Shown: positions 38,873 to 48,254 of the stretch, piece after piece
Layout of the letters: every line of letters begins with the position of its first letter
Position numbering within the stretch: position 1 is the stretch's first letter
The notes under the pieces: generated by a model
Told to the model about the DNA's origin: nothing
Seen by the model: only the letters and a program-made list of their open reading frames with translations
The model's database searches: none
Origin: an uncultured Rhodanobacteraceae bacterium
GTDB taxonomy: Bacteria > Pseudomonadota > Gammaproteobacteria > Xanthomonadales > Rhodanobacteraceae
Length of the DNA stretch: 62,068 nt
Reading direction: 5' to 3'
Assembly: GCA_964496295.1 (NCBI GenBank)
Contig: CAZBZD010000001.1
Location: 1 to 62,068 of the forward strand
Translations under genes and position numbers: made by a program

Positions 38873-40314
38873 CGTCGATTCTTCACCAGGTCGATGACTT
38901 CGAGACACTCCTTGCGGCGCACGAACCACATGAACGCCGTGTAGGTCAGTGCTCCGACCGCGACCATGATGATCAACTTGACGGTTTCATCGGGCAAGCG
39001 GCCGGTCAGGACCATGCGCACGAACATCACCGACAGGTACATGACGGCGCCGCCTGTCGCCGCGCCGGCCATCGGCCGCAGGTAGTCGAGCAGGCCGAGG
39101 CCCAGGACCGGGAGCGTGACGACCAGCTGCACGAGTCGTGCGACGGGATAGACGGCAAGCCACACCAGCGAGACCCCCACCAGCCCGCCAAAAACGGCAC
39201 CCAGATAAAATGCCGGGACCATGATCACCAGGTTGATCAGTACATTGAGCGTGCCGAACTGGGGCTTGCCTATGGCCGACAGGGCCCCGCTTCCGCTGTG
39301 GGCAACCATGCGGATGGGCATGATCAGGCCCAGCAATTGCAGGGGAATGGCGGCCTGCTCCCAGCGCTGCCCCAGGACGACGGCCACCAGGTCGGGCGAG
39401 ATGCTGGAAATACCCCAGAAAACGGGAAATGACAAGACGCTGAGTACGCGTATCGCCTTGCAGTAATGGGATCGAAGCGCGGACATGTCCTCCTGGACGA
39501 CCGTATAGGCCGCAAGCCCGACCTGGCTCAGCAATTCGCTGACTTTCCGCATCGGCAATGTCGCCAGCTCCATGGCGACGGAATAAAAGCCCAGGGTTTC
39601 CTTGCCCAGCAGCTTGCCGATGATGAACACGTCGGCCTGGGAATAGACGTACCAGATCAACCGGGTCGTGGTCACGAAGCTGCCGAAGCGCAGCATGTCG
39701 GCCATGCCCGTGCGTGAAAACCGTGGCCGGCACCAGTAGCGCGCCGCGAGGACCAGCCCGGCGGGACGTATGAACGAACCGGCGAGGCTGCCATAGACCA
39801 GCGCCCACACGTCATGCCCCGCGAGGGCGAAAGCCAGGGTCACGAAGCCGTTGCCGAGAACCACCGCGAGGTTCACGAACGACTTGTGCTTGAAGTCCAT
39901 GCGGCGACTGAGCATGGCATCCTGAACCACGCCGACGGCGGCCAGGGGAAACTGGATGCCCAGTACGCGCGCGATATCGGTCAGGCGCGGATCATCGAAA
40001 AAGCCGGCGAGCAGCGGCGCCGTCGCGAATACCACGACATAAAGGATGCAGTTGACGACGATCAGGAAACCGAACGCCTGCTCGACCTGGCGCCGCGTCA
40101 GGTCGCGCTTCTGCACCATGGCCGTGTACAGCCCCAGCTCCCGGAACAGGGCCGCGAAGCCGATGAGCATGCCCGCGATGGCCATCAAGCCGTAGTCGGA
40201 CGGCTTGAGGATGCGGATGACCACCAGCGTGATGGACCACGCAATGAGCTGGCCGGCGAAACGGGCGCCGGCCAGCCATTTCAGCGAATGCAGGACGTCA
40301 CTGCGAAGGCTCAT
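38869..40314 (-). CDS. wzx: Wzx-type polysaccharide flippase (MOP superfamily)
   Basis: MSLRSDVLHSLKW start, RILKPSDYGL, DVFIIGKLLGKETLGFYS and many TM helices. Confidence 0.88.
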   Translation of the reverse strand: MSLRSDVLHSLKWLAGARFAGQLIAWSITLVVIRILKPSDYGLMAIAGMLIGFAALFRELGLYTAMVQKRDLTRRQVEQAFGFLIVVNCILYVVVFATAPLLAGFFDDPRLTDIARVLGIQFPLAAVGVVQDAMLSRRMDFKHKSFVNLAVVLGNGFVTLAFALAGHDVWALVYGSLAGSFIRPAGLVLAARYWCRPRFSRTGMADMLRFGSFVTTTRLIWYVYSQADVFIIGKLLGKETLGFYSVAMELATLPMRKVSELLSQVGLAAYTVVQEDMSALRSHYCKAIRVLSVLSFPVFWGISSISPDLVAVVLGQRWEQAAIPLQLLGLIMPIRMVAHSGSGALSAIGKPQFGTLNVLINLVIMVPAFYLGAVFGGLVGVSLVWLAVYPVARLVQLVVTLPVLGLGLLDYLRPMAGAATGGAVMYLSVMFVRMVLTGRLPDETVKLIIMVAVGALTYTAFMWFVRRKECLEVIDLVKNRR

Positions 40315-40438
40315 GCAGCAAGAAAACCCCTCTGGCCGTGCCGTGGCCCGGACCCGCAAAGTGTAGCCGATGGCATCGTCGCCGCCGCCCGGGGCAGCGC
40401 CCGCGATGCAACAAGCCCGGTCGGCCGGCTGCGTCGCA

Positions 40439-42166
40439 CTACCGGGCCTTGTCGCCAAGCATGCGGTCCAGGCGGCCTTCATGCAGCCATTGCCATGCCT
40501 TCCAGTGGAACAGCAGCTTCCAGGCAAGTTCATTGCCTGCGCCCGGCGTTGCCAGCTTCTTGCGCGCACGCGGATCGATCCACGGGTCGTCTTCCTCGAA
40601 CAGGTGCCTGCCGAGGAAGGCGGAGCGTTCGGGGCGGGAGGTTTTGGCGCCGGCGAACAGGCTCGGATGGCGGGCACGAAAACCCCGGGCCACGATCCGC
40701 ATCCGTTCGCGGCCATAAGCCGGGTTGATGCGGGCGCCTTTCATCAACTGCCCGCCGCTGAGGAAAGGCACTGCCAGCGACCGCTTGTCCAGTCGCGCGA
40801 GCAACTGCCGGTAGAAACGCCCGTGCTGTTTTTCTTCGAACGGAATCATCGCCGCGTGGCTCATGAAATCCTTCGACAGGCCGGGGGTGAAGGCGTCGGC
40901 GCGGTTGGCATACACCTTCAACGGGTTCATGCATGCCCGGTGGCGACTGCGGTTTTCGATCACGAAGCGTGCCAGGCCGGAACCGTCCTGGGGCAGGCGC
41001 GACATCACGGAGCGCAGGTCGCCGGAAAACCCTTCGGACATCGCTTCCACGACCTCGGGCCTGAACACGATGCCCGCCGCTTTCCAGGCGGCACTGCCCG
41101 TTCCGCGGACCTCGGCCTGCAAATAAGCCTCGAAGCCGCCTTCGTACTGGTGCAGCGGCATGAACACGAAGCCCGGGACCAGCCCGTCCCATACGGCACG
41201 TGCGCGGATCTGCGAAGCCACCTTGGCGATGAACAGGTCCATGCTCGGATGACCGGCGTCGCTGGCCGCCAGGTAGTCGAGATACGCCTGCGTGGAAAAA
41301 AAGTCCCGGGGCGGGCGGGCCTTTCGAAAAGGGATGCCGGAGGAGGTCGCCACCGCCTCGGCCAGCCGGCCGTCGGCATCGTCGTGTTCGTCGTCGTGGG
41401 AGACGATCAGGGCGTCTGCCCCGATGCGAGCGCGCCGGAGCAGGAACAGAAGCAGCCGCGAGTCGAACCCGCCGCTCAGCAGCACCGAACCGGGATCGCC
41501 GAAGGCCGCGCAGGCATGGATGTCCGCCTCCAGCGCCTCGAGGAAATCGTAGCGCCGCCATGCCCCGGTCGGCGCCGGCCAATGCCAGTAGCGGCGGATG
41601 TTCAATTGATGCCGCGCGCAGTCGTAGGTCAGGATGCTCGCCGCGGGCACGCGCTGCAGGCCGCTCAACAGGCTGCGTTCGCCGACGGGATGGCCGAGCG
41701 AGATGAACGCGCCCCACGCGCCCAGGTCGGGATCGCCGTGCAGCGCCTTGGTCTCGGAAACCAGCGTCAGTTCGCCGTCGACATGTCGCATGTACAGCGG
41801 CTGCATGCCCAGGCAATCGGTGACGACGACCAGGAACTCCCGTTGCGCGTCCCAGAAAATGCCGGCAAAGGCGCCGTCACAGGCCGGGAGCCATCGTTGC
41901 GCGGAAGCCGCGTTGGCCAGGTCGTCGACGTCGGGACCATGGATCGGCCACCCGGTGCAGAAACAGAGGTTGCCCCGGGCCGGGAGCGCAACGTCGCCGA
42001 GGCAGCCGATGGTGCCGCGGCCGACGTCGCGTCGCGAGGCGGCCAGCCCGCAGGGATTTTGCCGATCCAGCATGGTGCCGACCCGGCGCGAAGCGTCCGC
42101 GCCGATGTGGATCGCGAGTTTTTTCGCCCTCGGCATCCTGGCAGCGGAAGAGTCCGGTGTCTGCAT
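40439..42166 (-). CDS. Asparagine-synthetase-like amide ligase lacking the N-terminal Cys
   Basis: DGAFAG, TDCLGMQPLY, SETKAL, LLSGGFDSR PP-loop and WDG. Confidence 0.78.
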   Translation of the reverse strand: MQTPDSSAARMPRAKKLAIHIGADASRRVGTMLDRQNPCGLAASRRDVGRGTIGCLGDVALPARGNLCFCTGWPIHGPDVDDLANAASAQRWLPACDGAFAGIFWDAQREFLVVVTDCLGMQPLYMRHVDGELTLVSETKALHGDPDLGAWGAFISLGHPVGERSLLSGLQRVPAASILTYDCARHQLNIRRYWHWPAPTGAWRRYDFLEALEADIHACAAFGDPGSVLLSGGFDSRLLLFLLRRARIGADALIVSHDDEHDDADGRLAEAVATSSGIPFRKARPPRDFFSTQAYLDYLAASDAGHPSMDLFIAKVASQIRARAVWDGLVPGFVFMPLHQYEGGFEAYLQAEVRGTGSAAWKAAGIVFRPEVVEAMSEGFSGDLRSVMSRLPQDGSGLARFVIENRSRHRACMNPLKVYANRADAFTPGLSKDFMSHAAMIPFEEKQHGRFYRQLLARLDKRSLAVPFLSGGQLMKGARINPAYGRERMRIVARGFRARHPSLFAGAKTSRPERSAFLGRHLFEEDDPWIDPRARKKLATPGAGNELAWKLLFHWKAWQWLHEGRLDRMLGDKAR

Positions 42167-42167
42167 C

Positions 42168-42950
42168 TCACGGCTGGCTTGGCGCCACCTTCCTGAAAAT
42201 GAAAATCATGTTGTAGCCGAGGGCATGCACGCGCGAGCAGCAGCGCATGTTGAATCGTTCCAGCGCGATGGTGGCCGGCCACGACAAAAAGCCGGAACGG
42301 ACATCGGTTTGCGGCCATATGCCCAGTGAGTAGCTGTGTACACGCACGAAACCCCGTTTCAGGAACAGGTCCTGGATGTCCGCATTGCGCGACCCGAAGT
42401 TGCCACCGGCATTTCCGGTGGCGCGCATGGCCATGTAGGACGTCGACCAGAAGTTGCGATGGTTGTTCACGACGACATGGCCGCCCGGCCGGGTCAATCC
42501 CGCGATCTGTCCGGCCGCGTCCTCCCGCAGCTGCGGGTCGGCATTGGAAAAAAAACGAAACGCCGAGACCACGTCGAATGCCTCGCGCCCGAATTCGTGC
42601 AATGCCTGCCGGCCGTCCATGGCGTGAAACACGACCCGTTTGCAGCGGCTGCGCGCCACGCCCAGCATGTCGGCGGAAATGTCGATGCCGTGGAGTTCGC
42701 ACCCGGGCAGGCAGGTTTCCAGTCTCGATGCGATCCGTCCCGTGCCCGTTGCGAAGTCCAGCGCACGGGCCGGCGCCAGCCGGGGAAAGATCTTGCCGAT
42801 CAGCTCCTGTTCCAGCAGCCACATCGCCGCACGCCCGGGCCTGTCCCGGAAGCGCGCGTCGTAGGGAGCGCCGGCGTGCAGGTGGCTGCTCGAATAATCC
42901 GGGTATTCCCGCAACGGTTCACGTCGAAACAAGTCTTTCATGCCGCGCAT
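42168..42950 (-). CDS. Class I SAM-dependent methyltransferase
   Basis: ALDFATGTGRI, GIDISADML, FDVVSAFRF and TRPGG. Confidence 0.85.
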   Translation of the reverse strand: MRGMKDLFRREPLREYPDYSSSHLHAGAPYDARFRDRPGRAAMWLLEQELIGKIFPRLAPARALDFATGTGRIASRLETCLPGCELHGIDISADMLGVARSRCKRVVFHAMDGRQALHEFGREAFDVVSAFRFFSNADPQLREDAAGQIAGLTRPGGHVVVNNHRNFWSTSYMAMRATGNAGGNFGSRNADIQDLFLKRGFVRVHSYSLGIWPQTDVRSGFLSWPATIALERFNMRCCSRVHALGYNMIFIFRKVAPSQP

Positions 42951-42975
42951 CCCCCGGTTGGTGTCGTTCCCGGAT

Positions 42976-44043
42976 TCATGATCCGGCCCCGCGCGCGTGC
43001 CGGACCCGGGTCACGAAATCGTCGAAAATCGCGTCGGCAGGCTCCAGCGAGCCTTCCATCCACTCCAGTGCCCCGGATTCCGGTTCGCCATGGAGCACCC
43101 AATGCCCCGGGCAGTCACGCACGCACCAGCTCGCGTATGCCAGGCCCAGCTCGACGATCACCGGCGCGCCCTTGCGGCGGAGGATATCCACCGTGATCGT
43201 TTGCGAACCCGACTGGCGCGCGACCCGGTAGCCGAGCCTCACGGCATCCTCGCCGATTTGCGCGGGGTTCCAGTCGATGCGTCCGCTGCCACTTGCGCGA
43301 AAGTCGCCGGGGCGGTTGAAGCGGCGAAACACGAAGGCACGATTGCCGGTGACGGTCACGCGGACATCGAAGGCGTTGTCCGGCAGGAACTCCTGGGCCA
43401 GGAAATAGCCGTATTGAAGGTCCGCATCCGGGGTCGGTCCATGCGGAATCCGGCCCATGACGAGGCCGGCGGCGGCCCGGGTCCGCCGCATCAGCAGGCG
43501 GACGGGCGACGCCGGCCGGTACCCCAGCGAAACCACGCCATGGCCGAACAGTTCGTCGACGTAGAACAACGCCTCGTCGAGCGCGTGCACCAGCCGGACA
43601 TTGGAGGCCTGGTAACCGGTTGCCAGCTTGAGCACGAACGGATAGGTCGCGCCCTCGCAGAACCGCGTTGCCTCTTCCCGTGTCCAGGACACGGTGGTGG
43701 CCGGGGTCGGGATGCCCGCCGCGGCCAGGAAATAGTACTGGCCGACCTTGTCCTCGAAATGCCATCGGCTCCGGAGGGACGGGAAGACCGGCAGGCCGAG
43801 CCCGGCCTCGATCGCGTACAGGAACCGGGCGGCGTACAGCCGCTCGCCGGCGGACGGGTCGCAGCGCCACATGAACGCGTCGCAGGCCGCGATCGCATCG
43901 AGAACGTCGGGGGCATGCACGTCCACGGGAACGGCTTCGACACCCCGGTCCCGCGCAAGGTCGATCCAGCGCCCGGAATAGGACTGCCGTTCCCCGTTGT
44001 GGTGCACGACCTGGTCGGGCTGGATGGCGATCTTGAGGCTCAT
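42976..44043 (-). CDS. RimK-like ATP-grasp ligase (paralog 2)
   Basis: Starts MSLKIAIQPD at 44043. FEDKVGQ, YPFVLKLATG, AQEFLPDNAFDVRV, DFRASGSG and TVDIL. Confidence 0.85.
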   Translation of the reverse strand: MSLKIAIQPDQVVHHNGERQSYSGRWIDLARDRGVEAVPVDVHAPDVLDAIAACDAFMWRCDPSAGERLYAARFLYAIEAGLGLPVFPSLRSRWHFEDKVGQYYFLAAAGIPTPATTVSWTREEATRFCEGATYPFVLKLATGYQASNVRLVHALDEALFYVDELFGHGVVSLGYRPASPVRLLMRRTRAAAGLVMGRIPHGPTPDADLQYGYFLAQEFLPDNAFDVRVTVTGNRAFVFRRFNRPGDFRASGSGRIDWNPAQIGEDAVRLGYRVARQSGSQTITVDILRRKGAPVIVELGLAYASWCVRDCPGHWVLHGEPESGALEWMEGSLEPADAIFDDFVTRVRHARGAGS

Positions 44044-45158
44044 GGCGACTCGGACCCGGTATCCGGAGGCGCGACCGTCGCGATGCGACTGCCGGATGCA
44101 TGCCGCGAGCGGGAGATTGCGGCAACGAAATCGTCGAAGACGGCATCGGCGGCGTCCACGCAACCGTCCACCCAGGTCAGGCTGCCGGATTCCGGACTGC
44201 CTTCGAGTACCCAATGCCCCGGACAGGCTCGGACCACCCAGTCGGCATAGTTCACGGTCAACTCGATGGCGACGGGTTCGGTACCGCGACGGAGCATGTC
44301 CACGGCAATCGTCCGGGCGCCCAGTTCGTGCACGATCCGGTAAGCCAGCCGGATGGCATCCTCGCCGATTGCTTCCGGCGTCCAGTCGATGCGGCCGGAG
44401 CTGCCGCGGGTACGGAAATCGCCGGGGTGAACAAAGCGGCGGCAGGCGAAGGCGCGGTTGCCGATGACGATGGCGGAGATCTCGAAATCGTTGTCCGGCA
44501 GGAACTCCTGGGCGTAGAAATAACCGTATTGCAGTTCCGCCTCGGCGCTGGGGCCGTACGGATTGAGGCCCCTGGCGAACGCGGCCGTCGCGCGCAACCG
44601 GCGCAGCAGCCGGCGTGCATGCCCGGCGGGCAGGTAGCCCAGCGACACGACGCCGTGGCCGAACAGCTGGTCGATGTAAAAATGCGCTTCCTTGCGATTG
44701 TGCACGAGGCGGACATTGGACGACTGGTGGCCACCGGCCAGCTTCAGCACGAAAGGGTAGTCGGCTGCATCGCAGAACTGCATGGCACTCGCGCGTGTCC
44801 AGCAGACGCGGGTCGCCGGCATCGGAATTCCCGCCGCTTCGAAAAAATAATCCTGGGCGATCTTGTCTTCGAAATACCATGAATCGTCCAGGGCCGGAAA
44901 AACCGGAATGCCCAGCCCCTTTTCGACGGCATGGCACAGCCGCCGGGCATACGTGCGCGGATGCGCCGAGGACGGGCATCGCCACATGAATGCGTCGCAC
45001 GTGGCTATTTGCGCCACGATGTCGTCGGAAAAAACGTCCACCATGGCTGTCCCGATGCCCCGTTCGCGTGCAAGCTCGCGCCAGCGTTCGGAGAATGACT
45101 GGCGCACGCCGTTGGGGTGGACGACGGCATCCGGCTGGATGGCAATTCGCAAATCCAT
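44040..45158 (-). CDS. RimK-like ATP-grasp ligase (paralog 1)
   Basis: MDLRIAIQPD, FEDKIAQ, YPFVLKLAGG, AQEFLPDNDF, DFRTRGSSG and AVDML. Confidence 0.85.
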   Translation of the reverse strand: MDLRIAIQPDAVVHPNGVRQSFSERWRELARERGIGTAMVDVFSDDIVAQIATCDAFMWRCPSSAHPRTYARRLCHAVEKGLGIPVFPALDDSWYFEDKIAQDYFFEAAGIPMPATRVCWTRASAMQFCDAADYPFVLKLAGGHQSSNVRLVHNRKEAHFYIDQLFGHGVVSLGYLPAGHARRLLRRLRATAAFARGLNPYGPSAEAELQYGYFYAQEFLPDNDFEISAIVIGNRAFACRRFVHPGDFRTRGSSGRIDWTPEAIGEDAIRLAYRIVHELGARTIAVDMLRRGTEPVAIELTVNYADWVVRACPGHWVLEGSPESGSLTWVDGCVDAADAVFDDFVAAISRSRHASGSRIATVAPPDTGSESP

Positions 45159-45296
45159 GATGAATCGGGTTCGGTCGCCGGGCGGCGACGGAGCTTGTAG
45201 ATTAACGACAATGGCGGCTCCCGTTGCTGCAGCAAACGCAGCCCGTAAGCCTGCCGTTCATGTTGATCGGCCATTGCGGGTGCCGCATTCACGGAT

Positions 45297-45313
45297 TGTC
45301 GGTGAACCTTACA
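45297..45313 (+). promoter_or_regulatory. Enhancer box (putative PrsR site), distal
   Basis: TGTCGGTGAACCTTACA (TGT-N11-ACA). Confidence 0.75.
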
Positions 45314-45385
45314 TTCACCGGTTTTCGCGAAAGCCGGAAATGGCGTGCATTACCGGCCGTCATTCGCGTCATGGACCGTGCGGAC

Positions 45386-45402
45386 TGTCGGTGGATTTTA
45401 CA
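45386..45402 (+). promoter_or_regulatory. Enhancer box (putative PrsR site), proximal
   Basis: TGTCGGTGGATTTTACA, ending 64 bp before the sigma-54 motif. Confidence 0.8.
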
Positions 45403-45446
45403 TTTTCCAGCCTTTGCATTGAATGATTCGATGATGCTCCCAAAAA

Positions 45447-45459
45447 AATCAAGTATTTG
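45447..45459 (+). promoter_or_regulatory. IHF binding site
   Basis: AATCAA-GTAT-TTG matches WATCAA-N4-TTR and lies between the enhancer and the sigma-54 promoter. Confidence 0.65.
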
Positions 45460-45465
45460 CGATTT

Positions 45466-45481
45466 TGGCGCGCAAAATGCT
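45466..45481 (+). promoter_or_regulatory. Sigma-54 promoter (-24/-12)
   Basis: TGGCGCGCAAAATGCT, GG-N10-GC spacing. Confidence 0.75.
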
Positions 45482-45530
45482 GTACCTCTTCAGGGAGTCA
45501 TGCCTGCCGTTGCGGAAAAGGACCGATCCA

Positions 45531-46307
45531 TTGCGCACTTCAAACCTGATATCACGATCGCTGGTTTTTGCCTGCGGTGCCCTCCTGTATTCCGCCGCTG
45601 CGCTGGCCATACCCATCCACATCGGCCTGATGGGTGCCGACGGGCATCATTCGTGGACGTCGGACCCGATCGAGGATCCGCACGGCACCCTGACCATGAG
45701 CGGCTGGCAGCACGACCCCCAGAGCGGCACGTGGACCGCCGCCAGCATGAAGCTGGTGACCGGCGGCGCCCACGACGGCCTCGGCGTGGTCTGCGACGAG
45801 CAGCGTGCCGACAACAACTGCAGCGCCGACCCGGCCGATACCGGCAAGATCGACACCGTGCCGTGGCAGATGATCGACATGGACATCAGCGAGGTGACGG
45901 ACTGGAACGGCCTGACGATCACCCTCCTGCAGGACGATCCCAGCCCGGCCAGCTACGACCTGTGGGGCGGCGGCTGCAACATCGGGACGGGCGCCTGCGA
46001 CCCGATTCCGCTGCTCGGCTGCTCGTCGTCCGCCGGCACGGTCACCTGCACGTTCACGACGGACTACCTGCAGAAGATGGGCGCCACCCACTTGTGGATC
46101 ACGCCCTGGACGCCTCCGGCAATGCGCGGCGGCAGGATCGAGGAGCTCGGCCTGGACTACGGCCAGTTCTACCTGCAGGCGGACCTGGTCATGGACCTGA
46201 TACCCCAGGCCGGGGAGGTGCCGGAGCCGCCGGTGCCGGGCATGTTCGGGCTGGGCCTGCTGCTGGTCGGCCTGTTCGCGGGACGGCGCCGGCGCCGGGC
46301 CCGCTGA
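45531..46307 (+). CDS. PEP-CTERM sorting-domain protein (Cys-rich)
   Basis: TTG start at 45531 after AAAAGGA, signal peptide ending AALA, and C-terminal VPEP-PVPGMFGLGLLLVGLFAG-RRRRRAR. Confidence 0.88.
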   Translation: MRTSNLISRSLVFACGALLYSAAALAIPIHIGLMGADGHHSWTSDPIEDPHGTLTMSGWQHDPQSGTWTAASMKLVTGGAHDGLGVVCDEQRADNNCSADPADTGKIDTVPWQMIDMDISEVTDWNGLTITLLQDDPSPASYDLWGGGCNIGTGACDPIPLLGCSSSAGTVTCTFTTDYLQKMGATHLWITPWTPPAMRGGRIEELGLDYGQFYLQADLVMDLIPQAGEVPEPPVPGMFGLGLLLVGLFAGRRRRRAR

Positions 46308-46335
46308 CGGCAAGCCCCGTGCCGTCCGGTGTGCG

Positions 46336-46367
46336 AAGGCCATCCCCGGAAACGGGGGTGGCCTTTT
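46336..46367. terminator. Intrinsic terminator, probably bidirectional, between convergent genes
   Basis: AAGGCCATCCCCG-GAAA-CGGGGGTGGCCTT-TT: 13-bp stem with a GNRA loop. Confidence 0.75.
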
Positions 46368-46394
46368 CGCGCCGCCCGTCGCGCACCCCGGCGC

Positions 46395-48254
46395 TCAGTG
46401 CCTGCTCGAGACGTTCGCGCCCGATGACGGGGACCGGCCGGGCACCGGCAAGCCGGCCTGCCTGCACAGGGCGGCAAAACGCGGGTCGTGCCGGTAGGCC
46501 AGCGGGAAGGGATCGTAGAGCAGGCTGAGCAGCGCCGGGTCGTGTTCCCGGCGCGCACGCTGCAGCCATTCGAACATCCTGTCCGGCTGCTTGCGCAGCG
46601 CGTACATGTCGGCGACGAAGTAGGGCTGGTCGTCGCCGTGCCCGGCGATGTAGGCCTGCAGCGCCTGGTCGGCCTGGCGCCGGTCGGGATTGATCTGCTG
46701 CGCCATCGCCCGGATCCAGGCGCCGTACGCGGGGTCCGGTTCCCTGGCCGCGTCGCGCACCGCCGTGGCGAACTTTCCGCGCAGGATGCTGATCTGCGCC
46801 AGGATGGTGTGCATGCCGGGGAAGCCCGGTTTCAAGGCCAGCACCCGGCGGCTGGTTTCCTCGGCGGCGTCGAGCCGTCCGTCCGCCACCTGGACCGACG
46901 CCAGGGCGGCCAGCCAGCCGACGCGCAGCGGGTCGGTGGCGATGGCCTTGTCGAACAGCTCGGTGGCCTGCTTCAACTGCCCCATGCTGACCAGGCCGTA
47001 GGCCAGGAAGGCCATGGCGCGGCCGTCGTTGGGCGCCAGCTTCACGGCCTGCCGGTACTCGGCCAGCGCGGCCGTCGGGTCCTTGTCGAGGTTCATCAGC
47101 AGGTAGCCCTGGTCCATGTGCGTGGTGGCGGTGTCGGGCGCCAGGACCTGCTGTTTGCCGGCCGCCACGCGGGCCTGCGTGAAGGCCTGCTTGCGGGCGT
47201 CGCCGGTCAGGATCATCTGCCCCTGGTTGATCAGCGCGGTGGAAAGGATGCCCCATGCATACGCGTATTGCGGGTCCAGCGCGAGTGCCTGCCGCAGCAG
47301 GGCGATGCCCTGGGCAAAGCCGGACCGGGTCTGTTCCTGCACGAGGGCGTGGCCCTGCAGCGTGAGCATGTAGGCCTGGACATTGCCGCCGGGCGGCTTG
47401 TCGCCCGCCACGACGGGGTCGCCCAGCAGCTTGATCCGCAGCGCCGAGGCCACCGCGTGGCCGATCTTGGACTGGATCTTGAAGACGTCCTCGAGCCGGT
47501 CGTCGTAGCTGTGTGCCCAGATGCTGCTGCCGTCCCGGGCGCGGATCATGCTGATGTTGACGCGGATGCGGTCCCCTTGCTGGCGCACCGAGCCCTGGAT
47601 CAGGTGGGCCACGCCCAGGGCCACCCCGATTTCGGCCGGGGTGTCCCTGCTGTCGCGGAACTTGAAGCTGGAAAACCGGCCGATCACCTTCAGCCCGTCG
47701 ATCTGGGTGAGGTCGGAAATCAGTTCCTCGGACAGGCCGTCGGCAAAATACTGCTGCGCGGGGTCGCTGCTGTTGTTGGACAGCGGCAGCACGGCAACGG
47801 ATTTCGCGGGAATCGCGGCGAACGCGGCCGCGATGGCCTTGTTGCGTTCGGCATTGGCGATGCTGGTCGCGTCGCGGTGCAGCACGAACTGGTTGGTGGC
47901 CAGCAACACCACGGCCACCGCCAGCGTGCCGATGATCCAGAAATCCAGCTTGCGGCCGGTCAGGTGCGCGATCGACTCGCGCTTGTCGACCTGGTGTTCG
48001 AGTTTCAGGCCGCTCGGGGTGATTTCGAACAGCCAGGCGAAGCCGAGCCAGAACGGAAAGCCGATCACGCAGGCAAACACGAACCAGCGGGCGAGCCAGT
48101 CGGGAGCATGGAACACGGGCGCGAGCTGCGCGATGCCCTGCGACAGGGCCCACACGGCCGCGATGTACAACGCCCCTGCACGCAACACGTTGCGGCGCTT
48201 GAGTTCACCGAAAAAATTTCGTCGCTTGCCGGACGGTTCGGTGCGATCAGTCAC
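46395..48254 (-). CDS. Membrane protein with TolB-N-like domain and TPR repeats
   Basis: GTG start at 48254 after GGAGG. FFGELKRRNV plus 3 TMs, KSVAVLPL...YFADGLSEELI and LIQGSVRQQGDRIRV, then TPRs. Confidence 0.85.
   Translation of the reverse strand: MTDRTEPSGKRRNFFGELKRRNVLRAGALYIAAVWALSQGIAQLAPVFHAPDWLARWFVFACVIGFPFWLGFAWLFEITPSGLKLEHQVDKRESIAHLTGRKLDFWIIGTLAVAVVLLATNQFVLHRDATSIANAERNKAIAAAFAAIPAKSVAVLPLSNNSSDPAQQYFADGLSEELISDLTQIDGLKVIGRFSSFKFRDSRDTPAEIGVALGVAHLIQGSVRQQGDRIRVNISMIRARDGSSIWAHSYDDRLEDVFKIQSKIGHAVASALRIKLLGDPVVAGDKPPGGNVQAYMLTLQGHALVQEQTRSGFAQGIALLRQALALDPQYAYAWGILSTALINQGQMILTGDARKQAFTQARVAAGKQQVLAPDTATTHMDQGYLLMNLDKDPTAALAEYRQAVKLAPNDGRAMAFLAYGLVSMGQLKQATELFDKAIATDPLRVGWLAALASVQVADGRLDAAEETSRRVLALKPGFPGMHTILAQISILRGKFATAVRDAAREPDPAYGAWIRAMAQQINPDRRQADQALQAYIAGHGDDQPYFVADMYALRKQPDRMFEWLQRARREHDPALLSLLYDPFPLAYRHDPRFAALCRQAGLPVPGRSPSSGANVSSRH

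Noticed and set aside
37331-45158. RiPP cluster (lasso-peptide cyclases or graspetide ATP-grasp ligases)
   Set aside because: I found no precursor peptide, RRE/B1, B2 protease or peptide ABC exporter. The embedded Wzx flippase and glycan context point to polysaccharide tailoring.
45196-45227. TGT-N9-ACA box and a TGGC...TTGC motif near the start of the divergent ATP-grasp operon
   Set aside because: The spacing is wrong for the enhancer (9 rather than 11) and for sigma-54 (GG-N11-GC), and the latter faces away from the operon.
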